Below are positions 1 to 10,300 of a stretch of 64,000 nt of DNA, piece by piece. The position numbers were made by a program, and so were the translations under genes. Position 1 is the first letter of the stretch; the number at the start of each line of letters is the position of its first letter. The stretch covers positions 1 through 64,000 of the forward strand of contig MEDY01000050.1 in assembly GCA_001724265.1 (NCBI GenBank), read 5' to 3'. This DNA comes from Rhizaria sp. SCN 62-66. Taxonomy: Eukaryota. Below the pieces are notes generated by a model. That model did not search any database, was not told the DNA's origin, and worked only from the letters and a program-made list of their open reading frames with translations.

Positions 1-1
1 C

Positions 2-199
2 ACCCTCGTCACTGGTGGCCACATCCGTGTCGCCAAGCGCATTGTCGATGCCCCCGCCTTCATGGTCCGCACCGAGTCCGACATGCACATCGGCTTCGCC
101 CCCTTCTCCGCCTTCCGCAAGGGCTCTGGCGCCAAGGTCCGCCTCGGTCGCTACGCCAAGCGCACTGCCGCTGCTGCCGGCGGTGAGGCTGACGAGTAA
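2..199 (+). CDS. RPS9: 40S ribosomal protein S9 (uS4), 3' end (5'-partial)
   Basis: Frame 2 (not in the ORF track) reads TLVTGGHIRVAKRIVDAPAFMVRTESDMHIGFAPFSAFRKGSGAKVRLGRYAKRTAAAAGGEADE then TAA (197-199). This matches the uS4 C-terminus pattern HIRV..Q.V..P.F.VR..S..HI.F...S with an acidic tail. Strong C-ending codon bias fits a highly expressed gene. Confidence 0.93.
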   Translation, partial: TLVTGGHIRVAKRIVDAPAFMVRTESDMHIGFAPFSAFRKGSGAKVRLGRYAKRTAAAAGGEADE

Positions 200-836
200 A
201 GTGTTTTAACCCCACCCGCACGAAACACAATGCTCTGCCCCCTTATATAACGGGGGGAGAAATCTCTCTTCATCTCCTTTCCTCTTCGAATACGGACCAT
301 CTTGCAGTGGTAGTAATACAACAAACTTACTGAAATCCCAATCTCTCTCGTCATCATGCCAACTTCTATTTGACTTTGCTGGGCGTTGCACAATCGTTGT
401 ATAGCGCTATAACTTGACTCTCAAGGATGATCTGAACTTGGACTTAATTTGTTTAATATTATCATCGCTCATATCGCACGTCTCCCTCTTCTACGCACAG
501 CGGCGATCGGCACCTTTTTGACCGACGTTCCTCGCAACCCTTCGTCCTCTCTCATGAGAGCGATCTGACGCCACAAACACTCTCTCCAATCAACAAGAGA
601 CGGTTGTAGCATATTTCCTTTTTGGTTGATTGCTATTTGCTGTTTTATTACGCTATAACTGCGTATCCGCGGTTGCTATGACGCCGCCCTCGCGCGCCCT
701 CGTCGCTCGCCATCCCAAAGCAAACAACTTCAAAAGCGACATCCGTACAGTCACAATCGATTCCAGTTGTCGATCGATCTCCCCACACGCTACTAAAACT
801 AGTTTAGCTGGCTTCTGTGGTGGTTTCAAGCGGAGT

Positions 837-1116
837 ATGATTTCGCTCGCTTTTGTTGGGCTCTTGCTACTCTCGAGCCTTGCTGCGACTGCTGCAGTTG
901 GCGCAACGACAGACAAGCCAGCTGTGCGTCCAGTTGACCCCACTGCGAGTGGCCATCGCGGTGCTGCCGAGAGTCCGCTACAGCTGCAGCTGTCCGTTGA
1001 TGCCCTGCTGTCTTAGTACGTAGGCTGCTTCAGCAACCCAGCCTCAGATCCCAGCTTCACGTCGTCTTTTGCGCTTCTGTCGCATCCAACACTGCTCTAT
1101 CTGCAACAACAATACC

Positions 1117-1154
<38 letters not shown>

Positions 1155-4100
1155 GCACAAGAGCAACAGCATAAGCAGAAACAGCAACAGCAACAACACT
1201 CGTCGTCATTGTCGCTGTCACTGTCATTGCCCCCGCGGCTGGTAGAGCTGTGTATCTCCCTCTGTCACGCCCACGGTCACTCATTCGCAGCGGTGGAGCA
1301 AGCCTCCCGTTGCTATTGCGCTCAGGCGCTGCCACGGTCACGCTTTACTGTCGCTACGACTAGCAGCAGCAGTGAGAGCAAAGCGTCTTCAGACGTGACC
1401 ACGCCACCATAGGTCAGTGACCTCAATGTGTGCAACACGAAGTGCTTTGATCCGAACGCGCAGCTTCGCAATGTGGGTGCTTCGAGTGGCATTGAAAGGC
1501 CCTGGGTTCCCTGCGGAGGCGTGAGCGCGGCCAGTTTGTACAGCACTGCGGTTGCGGGACCTCTCCTGCTGCGCACAGATGGGGCAAGTGGAGAGGAACT
1601 GACAAGCAGTCGCAGCAAGGCGAGCACGAATGATGTTAACAACAATGATGGTGATGATGCGGGTGCTGTTGAGACTGTGACGCTGCCGTTTGTGACTGTC
1701 ATCGTCCACGCTGCCGCCGCCCCTGACGCGGCCACCCCCTTTGCTCACGGTCACCCGAGCGCCCGCAGGCTTCCGCAGTCTCGCTCTTAGTCTGCCAGGC
1801 GGTCACGGACGCTTGTTGGCATGACCGAGCGAGAGGCTGATGCAGCTGAGGCGTACATCGAATCACTTTCCAACACAAAGAACAGCAACCAGAATTCAGC
1901 AAGCTCCGCCGCAAACCCGGCTCTAGTTAGGCCGCCCCCGGATGTGGTGTCGAATGCGGTGTGGTACCGCAAGGCGTCGGCCGTGGCGGCGACACTGCGC
2001 ACTGTGGCTCCAGTGGGTGTGAGCAGCAGGAGTCACAAAGCGAAGAGTGCTGAGACGAAGCAAGCTCACGACAACGTTGATGATGGTGATGAAAATGTAT
2101 GTGGTGATTTTGTCATGGTTTTGTGGGAAGACAGCAACAGTTAGAATAATGACAGCAGTGCAAATCACAATAGCGATGACTTCGATGTAACTGTGAACTC
2201 ATTGACTGATGCACTGACAGGCCAACCCCCCATTAGTCTCCTGAAATCACTCTTTCCCAACGACAATGTCACTCAAAGTCAAGCGGGTTTAAGTCATAAG
2301 AACGGTGTTGGTGCCGTTGTGTTTGCTCCGGGCAACACCACGATCACCACTGCATCGACTGATAACCCTGCGAGTAATGCCGTGCATGCTGTGTGGCGTG
2401 CGCGTGACTTTGTCAACACTGCGCTCGACACGCTTGAAGCCTCCGTTATGTCATTGTCATTTTCGCAAAATACGCCTAAAAATTCGCATAGGCGCTCAAA
2501 TGAGAAGCGTGATAAGTTTGACATTTGGTCAACAATGTTCTCGTCTTTCTCGTCGCCTGTTGCAACTGCATCAGCGATCGTGACTGTGACCAGTGACAAT
2601 GACTATGATGTTAACGTCAGTTTGAGTGAGAGTAGCTCAAGCGCGAGTGCTGTGCTGACCAACAAATTGCGAGTTCTCTGGCAGTCGCAGTCGCAACAGG
2701 CGCGCTCACAGACGCAGTCCGTCACAGCTGTTGATGCTACCACTGCGTCGATCCGCGCACGGCAACAACAGTTAGCCACGAGCTACGCACACCGTAATGC
2801 GCTTAAACGCGCACGCAAAGACGGTTCAGCTAGAGACATCACAACAAATAAGCTTGTGTACAACACTGCGACTGGAACGTACACGAACAAAACCATCACA
2901 AAGAAGAACGTAAAAGGGAATAATCGCTCTGTAAAGAGGCGATATAACGTTGTTTTTGAGCATTTTGCGTTCTTACTTCGCGCCGATGAGCTGCCCTTGC
3001 GGTGTCAAGTGATGCGCAAGTCCCTTACGCAGCTGTCATCTCAAAGCAGCGCTGGTACTTCTGAGAGACAAAACGCATTGTCATCCGACTTTTTCGGCCC
3101 CGCACATGGTGCGTACGCACTGCCGATGTGGTCTGGACTCAGCGACGACACAACCGAGCGTTATCCGCTGCAATCTGATCTCTATGTCGTCCCTTCGCAA
3201 TCGCATTTTAATAACTCTTCTGCTGGAAGTTCTCGGATTAGTACCCCTTCGCAGTCTCAGACACACAGCAATACTTATAGCAACGATGATATTCTCGCAA
3301 ACAAGCGCGCTGCCGCTGAAGCCGCTGCCGTTGCGGCAGAGGCCGTTGCCGCCAAGGCTGCCGCGCGCGCAGCCGCGACCGCTGCATTCGCCACAGCGCC
3401 CGGCCCCGTCGCCTTTGCGGGCTCACTCCTCCCCATGAACGCAAACATGAACGCTGACTCCAAGTCTGCGTCTAATCGCTCTTCTGTTGGCGGGATAGTC
3501 AGTGCTACTATTGCCGCGGCCCACGGCGTCCTCGTCGTTGGCGACCCCGCCGCGAGCGGGCTCGGCGCCCCGCGGGCCCCGCGGCTGCTGCGGCTGACGC
3601 ACCGGTGGCGAGTGCGCGGCGCGCTGGCCGACGTCGCGCGCCCGCCGTGGTTTCCACTCCACAAAGCGGCGCCGGCAGTCGCACAGTCAACCGCAACCAA
3701 CAATGGCTCTGATGTGGATAGGGGCAGCAGTTTGGGTGTCGGTATTGAGGTGTTGGCGCTGTGTGACCGCTGGCTCGGAGCTGAGGCCGCTGCAGTTGCC
3801 GCTGCTGGCGAAGCAGGCGCGCGCGCACCGGGCCTTGATGTCAGCACTGACGAATACGGCGTGCTTAAAGCACAACAGCATCAGCATCAACACAGTAGCT
3901 TAGGCTCTGCATTGAGAGAGAAACTGTACTTGGATTTGCCACCCTTACATCGCCCTAGCGGCAGTACGGTTCTTAACGCGACAAATACCTCTCTCTTCTC
4001 CGCAATGACACGCTCGCAGTGTCTGGCGTACCTCTCGGCCCACAGCCGCTCACTCGCGCTTGCGGCGACGCGACCCCCGTCCTTGCACGCCGCCGCTCGG

Positions 4101-6897
4101 CCCTACTGCGTCGCCGCCCACAGTCACTTATCTCCGACTGCGGCCCACAGTTACAGCCAGAGTCAGAGTCGCTTTGGTGACAGTGCTACGATGGCTGTTG
4201 TGAAGGCGGGCGCACAATGCTCACAGGGAGCTCTCATTCATCTCCACGCTCAAGGTAGATAAACTTAAGAAATCGCACTTATTTCGTTTAATCAACATCA
4301 TTTAGCTTTTATTTATGTTTAATCTCTTACAAAATTTGTTTTCTTATTGCTTTTGTCTTGTTTTAGCTTTAATCACTGCGGGTATTCTCTCGGATCCCTT
4401 TGACCTGTCGCTCCCCCTCCACTTCCCCACCGCACGCTCACAGTCTCTGAGCAAGCCTTCACAGTCGTCGTCGCTTGCGACTGTGATTCCCCTGTGGGCC
4501 CCGCACGCCCCCGTGGCGTCCCCGCTGGCGTTGTCCCGCGCCGTAGAGCACTGGGTCCACACCTCCGCCGCCGCCGCTGCAGCCACCGCCGCCGCCGCGG
4601 CCGCCGCAGCGGGCGCCGGCGGCGGCACCGGGCTCAGCGGCGGCGGGCGCGGGTTCAGGCCCGTGCCTGGCGCTGCGCTCACGCCCGGCGTCGACACAGC
4701 CGCGAGCGCTGCCAATGCAGCCGCGAATGCAGCAGTGGAGGCAGCGGCGGAGGCGCAGGCGCATCGCGGCGCGAAAGGCAACAGCGGTGGCGCGCAGTCT
4801 GGCACTAAGAGTGTGAATACCCGTCGCGTCACTGTCAGAGCGACCGTGGGCGTCAGCAGTGGCACCGTGGCCGCGTTCGGCGACCTATCAGCGCCCGTCT
4901 CGGCCTGGGCCGGCGCGGCGAACGCGGCGGCGACCGCGGCAGCGAGGTACGTCAAGCGGGCCAACGCGGCCGCCGGGGCTGCGGGGGCCGGCGGCGGGCA
5001 CGATCACGACCACAGTGGCGGTGGCGGCGACAGCGACGACGACGATGACGAGAAAGAAGAAGAACATGAACATAATCTTGAGCACAGTGATTCGCAATCG
5101 CATGCGGTGGCAGCAGCGCAGTTGCCGCCTTTGACGCCCGCAATGAACGCTTTGGCTGACAGCACTGCGCCGTACGTCCCGCCGCGGCTGAGTTTGCTGC
5201 TCGCGCGGCTTAACTTAAAGATCGCGCGGTGCGTCCGTGTCGCCATGACGATCGCCTGGCTGGCCGCGAATCCTGAGTTCCCTTCGAAGCACCACAAGAC
5301 GAAGCAGCTGCAGCAACAGCAGCAGCAAGAGCAAGAGGAGCGGCAACGCATGCCACTTTTCGACGGATCCAAGTACTCTCTAAGTCGCGCCTCTAAATAC
5401 CCTTCCCTGTCTAAGTACCCCCATCTAAGTGCTTCCTACTTCACCCCCGCGGACGCCCTGCCCTTCGCCTCCACGGCCACGCGCTGGGCCCGGCTGCTCT
5501 TGGCCACTGCGGCGTGGGAAATGGACCGTTACACTGCGCTGTACTACTTAGCCGTGGCGAGCGAGGAGGCCGGCGCGGAGACTGGGGACTACACCGAGCC
5601 CCTTACACTGGCGCTGGGGTACCTACACCGCGAGACCACGGCCCCGCTGTGGCTGCTGGAGCGCACCGCCGCTGCGCCGCTAGGGGACATCCACCAGGTG
5701 CACAACACGCTTGAGTCGCTGCAGACCCACTGGGCGGCCCGGGTTGCGCGCGCGCGCGAGGCGTCGGCCACCGCGACGGCGATGACGCGCGCACTCGCAC
5801 TCTCGGCCCTGAGCTCGAGTGACAGCAGTGGCCACGATGGTGACGATGAGTTGGCCAATAGTAGCAGCGGCGGCGGCGGCTGGGGCGTGTTGCAAGAGCG
5901 CGCGCTGCTGCTGCTCGACGGTGACGAGCCCGCGTCCTCATCCCCGGTCTCCGGGTCCGGCTCCGGCTCCAGCGCGACCTCAAGCGGCGGCGGCGGCGGC
6001 GGCATGGCCGTGGGCGGGTGGGAAAAGGGCGGCGGCGGCGGCGAGCGCGGGCAATACCGCGCCCCGCTTGCGGTCGCGGCCGCGGCGCTCGTGGCCGGAG
6101 ACTGGGGCGGCTGCGTTGGGTGGAGCACCGTGGCGCTGCTGTGGCGGCCGGGGCACAAAACCATCGGACACAGCAAAGGCAGCAGCAAAGACAGCAGCAA
6201 AGACAGCAGCAAAGACAAGAACATCAACAACAACGAGGACAAGCGCGTCGATAGCGACGGTGATGAAGACTTTGTGTATGCTGACGGGTACTCCGACCAG
6301 GACGAGTACGACGGCGAGGCCGCCAAAGCGGTCGAGGAGGCCGGCGCGCGGCTGATGTGGGAGCAGTGCCTCAAGTACCGCGCCCGGCTCGTCAAGGGCG
6401 AAGCCGCCGCTATCTCCGCCACAACCGCGGCTAAACAAGACGAACACGCTGCCAATATTGGGGTTATTGGTCAAGGGAGTGGTTTGCTGGAGGAGAGCGC
6501 CCGGAGTCTCCGGCGCCGGCAACGCGAGAAGCTGGGGCAGATCAGTTTGGCCAGCCTGCTGCCTTCACCCGCGCTGCCAGCGGCGCACAGCCAAACGCGC
6601 GGGGGAGCCGCCGTCGCCGTGCTTGGGCTCGCGATGCTCGCTACAGTTGTTCTCGCGGTGCTCTGGGCGGCGGGGCGCGTGCCAGGCGTCGGCTGGGGCA
6701 AGCGGGGGAAGAGCAAGCGGAGTGAGAGGGAAAATGGTGGCGGTGTTGGGATGGCAAGCGGCGAGGGCGTGAGGTTGCGTAGGGATAGGAGCGGGGTTCT
6801 GGGCGATTACAGCAGTAGTGACAGCGAGGAAGAGGACGGCAGCGCTGATGGGGCTCCGATCAGGCGCAGGCAGAATCAAGACCTGCAGCTGATGTAA
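837..6897 (+). CDS. WSC-domain type I membrane/secretory protein, ~1982 aa, with four in-frame TAG codons
   Basis: join(837..4254,4367..6897). Signal peptide MISLAFVGLLLLSSLAATAA. WSC motifs YVGCF...VELCISLCHAHGHSFAAVEQASRCYC...CNTKC...CGG...SLY all lie in one frame across TAGs at 1014 and 1410; further in-frame TAGs at 1788 and 2142. Intron 4255..4366 (GT..TTTTAG, phase 1) joins the next ORF. C-terminal TM segment AAVAVLGLAMLATVVLAVLWAA followed by basic residues. Ends TAA. Confidence 0.75.
1116..1154 (+). repeat. (CAA)13 microsatellite encoding polyQ inside the WSC domain
   Basis: Perfect CAA run read directly; in frame between YVGCF and the CxxxC motif. Confidence 0.9.
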
Positions 6898-7361
6898 AAT
6901 AGCATCCTACGTCTGCGTTACAAAGTGACTTGCCAGAAACAAATTCTATTTGATACTATAGCACACATGGTTAAATTAGTCAATTCAATCGTAATACAAG
7001 TTAAAACATCTGTTTTCACTGCTACACGACTTGAATACCATCGCAACAGGGGTCGTTAACTGGCTGGCCAGTGTGCCGACTGTGACCCGCCCGTTCTCGA
7101 CCCACGGTCAGTCGGTGGGAACGCTCTGGGGAAAGCGCGCAGGGACGTCGGGAAACGTGGCTTAGATGGCCTTGTCATCAGTGTTTAGTTATATGAAAAA
7201 TCAAAATATAGACTGCATGTTCTGTTTCAATTAAATGTTGTTGCTAAATCTGCTCTGGTCGTTGCCTCAGCGCGCCCCACATTGACTTAGTACCCCGATT
7301 TCTCACACCTCCGCTTTGCTCTGTGTGCCTCCGCATTTCCCGCCCCAGAGACGGAAATCAC

Positions 7362-10300
7362 ATGATTCCGTCACCGTCCATCGCCCCGCTGGTTGTCTTC
7401 GGGTCCAAGGGCGTGGCCGTCGGTGTTTCCGCCGGTCCCAAAGACACCCTGATCGTCACATACCCGACGCAAGTGGACGTCTACGCCCACCTCAGTCACC
7501 TCGCCGCCACCTTGCCCGCCACCGTCGCTGGCGCCCGGCCGCACTCGCTGCCCGCGCCTGACGTCAAGCCGCTCTTCTCCTACGCGCTGACGCGCCCCAA
7601 GGGCAAGAAGTGGGCTGCGGTGCCCGCGCCCTTCGCAGCCTTCTCGCACGCTGTCGTCTACCACCCGGGCACCGATTCGTTCGTGGGCGTTGCCGACAAC
7701 GACGCGCTGGTCGCCTGGTCCGCCTCCTCCGCGCTGCCTGACACGCTCCCCAGCGAGATGGCCGACGAGGACACCGCCGCGACCGAGGAGGAGGCCGACG
7801 CACTCGCCGCCATCGCCGCCGCCACCGCCGAGGACGCGGCGTCGGCCCAGTCGCTGTTCAAGGCCCTAACGTGCCCGCTCTTCGCCACCCCGGCGCCCAC
7901 GAGCGTCTTCACCCTATGCGCTGCCTCGGCCGCGCTGCTGCCCGCGCAAGTGCTGCTCGTCGACGGCTCGGGCCGGCCCTCGCTGCACCCGGTCCCGACG
8001 GCGGCCATCCCCGCCCCGCAGCCGCCCGCGGCGCCGGCCAAGACCGTCATCGCATCCAAGCCCGTGTACGCGGCCGTGCTCGACCCCCACGCGCCCCTCG
8101 GCCCCGCCGGGGAGGCCGTCGCCACCGCCAGCGCCGCCGCTGCCGGGGCCGGCAACGGCGCCGTGTCCGCCGCCGCGACTGGCGCTGCTGCTGCCGCGGG
8201 TGGTGCGAATGCTGGTAGCAACAGCGTGCGCGCGCTGCAGTCGCCCGTGACGGCCACGCCTACCGTCGTCGTCGTGACGCGCGGCTCCGACGGCGCCTTC
8301 TCCGCCAAAATTCACCTCATCGCCCCCGTCTCCACCGCCGCCACAAACACCGCCAACGGCACTGCGAACGCGAACACGTCGGTGGTCAACGGCCGGCGCG
8401 TGTCGCGCCCCCGCGCGCTGACGGCGCTGACTGTCATCCCCCTCAAGGCGCCCTCGGCGGCGGACACCGCGGCCGCGGCGCCGGCCCCCGCGCTGAGCGC
8501 CACGCCGGTCCTGCTGCCGCCGCTGCCCGCCTCGGCCGCCGCCGCGGTGCCCGGCGTGACGGTGAGCGCCGCAGCGCCGTCCCCACTTGCGTGCTTCGGC
8601 TCGCTCGCGCTTCTGTGGCCCGTGTCGGGCGTGTGGCAGCTCGCGCACCTCACCTACACCGGCTCCGCGAAGGTCTCCTCCAAGAAGGCCGCCGCAGCCG
8701 CGGCTGCAGCCGCAGCCGCCGCCGCTGCTGCCGGCAACGCCAGTCCGACAGACAGCGCGGCTGCGACGGATGCTGCCGCCGGTGCCGTCGCGGGCGGGGT
8801 GCAGAGCGCGGCTCTGGAGCTCATTGCCCAGCGCAACACGGCGTTCCTTCCCGGCGCCAGCGGCGCCAATGGCGTCGTCGCGGCCGCGATGGCCGACCCG
8901 TACTACCACTACACGCTCACCGTCACGCCCCTCAACAACAACAACAGTAGCAACAGCGCGAACAGCTCTAACACTGCTACGAGCGCGAGTGCGAAGGCGA
9001 AGGCAGCGAGCGCGCTGGACGCGTCCCCCGTCGGTGCGGCGTTGGCCGTGACCGCGACCGAGCTCGTGTACGGCACTGTGGCCGCACACGCCACCTCGGC
9101 CTCGGCCGCCGCCGTGCCCGCCGCCGCCGCGGCGCTGGCCCCCGCCGTCGCCGTCGCCCGCGCCGCCAAGACCGCGGCCTCCAAGGCCGACTCCGCCTCA
9201 GCTGCTCCGGCCGCGGCCGCCAAGAAGGGCGGCAAGGGCAGCGGCAAGGGCGGCAGCGCCGAGGAGGCCGCCGCGCTCGCCACGCTGACCGCCACCGCCT
9301 CGGCCTCCGACTCCGGCGCCGTCTCGGTGACCGGCGCGGATGTTCTGTCCGCTGTGGCCGTGCACACGCCTCACGGCGGGCCCGCCCCCGCGCACCTGCT
9401 CCGCACGCTGCCCCCGTTGCCCCGCTCCGCCGCCGCCGCCGGACACGGGCAGGGCGGCTACACCGCCGCGGGCGCAGTCGTGGTGGTCACGGCCTGGGGG
9501 CTCGCGCTGGTGTCGGCCGCGGGCGCCAAGCCCTCGGTGCTGAGCACGATGGGCAAGGCCGCCCCCTCGCTCCGCTTCTACCCTCCCGCTCTCGCCACAG
9601 CCGCCGCCGCCACTGCCGCTGCCGCTGCCTCCGCTGCCAACACAGACAGCGCGGGCGCGAGCGCGAGCTCTAGCGCTAACGCCGCTGCGGCCGTGGCAGG
9701 CAGTGCGGGCGCCGCGGCAGCCGTGGGCGGCGCGCGCACCCTGGGCGTCTACTGCCCCTTCGACAACAACAACAACAGCAGCAGCAGCAGCGACAGTGCA
9801 ACTACCAGCAATGCCGTGACGAGCGGCGCCGGCTTCGAGTCGCTGCTGAGCAACGCGCTGACGACCCCGTCGTCGGCGTCCTTCTCCAACACCATCAGCG
9901 ACCAGTGGTCCTCGGCGCTGGCGCAGTCCGACACCGCTACCGCGCGGTCTCTCAGCCATCTCTTCCCGCACCTCGCGCCGCACTTCGCCCACGGACACTC
10001 CGCCGCCGTCGCCGCCTCCTCCTCGGCCGCCGCCTCCTCCGCGAAGGAGGGCATGCTGAGTGCGGACGAGTTCGCAGCCCGCTTCTTCGCCCTCGCCGCC
10101 ACTCTGTCCCCCGCCACTGCCCCCGCGGCTCTGCGCGAGGCCGCCGCGGCGCACTGGGACCAGCCTGCCGTGGCCGCCGCCGCCGCCAAGAGCCCCGCGG
10201 CGTGGCGTGCGCTTGCCGCCGCCGCCGCCGCCGCCGCCGAGGGCAACGGAAACGACAAGAGCGGCGCTTCCAGCAAGGGCGCGACCGTGCTGCTGTCGAT

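Noticed and set aside
15-209. 64-aa Ser/Pro-rich ORF in the track
   Set aside because: Wrong frame; the overlapping frame 2 encodes the RPS9 C-terminus.
1016-1412. GTACGT overlapping the first TAG as an intron donor that might remove the stops
   Set aside because: Joining it to the TAG acceptors at 1412, 1790 or 2144 shifts the frame (intron lengths are 1 mod 3) and would delete WSC motifs. The region is also not AT-rich like the real introns.
1014-2144. Pyrrolysine insertion or A-to-I editing (UAG to UGG, Trp) as the explanation for the TAGs
   Set aside because: Pyrrolysine is known only from archaea and bacteria. Trp fits the Ser/Asn-rich low-complexity contexts poorly, and editing would not explain the absence of TAG terminators. 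RNA reads would settle it.
837-4254. Pseudogene interpretation of the interrupted WSC gene
   Set aside because: All four interruptions are TAG with no TAA, TGA or frameshift; signal peptide, cysteines, intron and TM segment are intact; and two other genes show the same pattern. Not formally excluded without reads.
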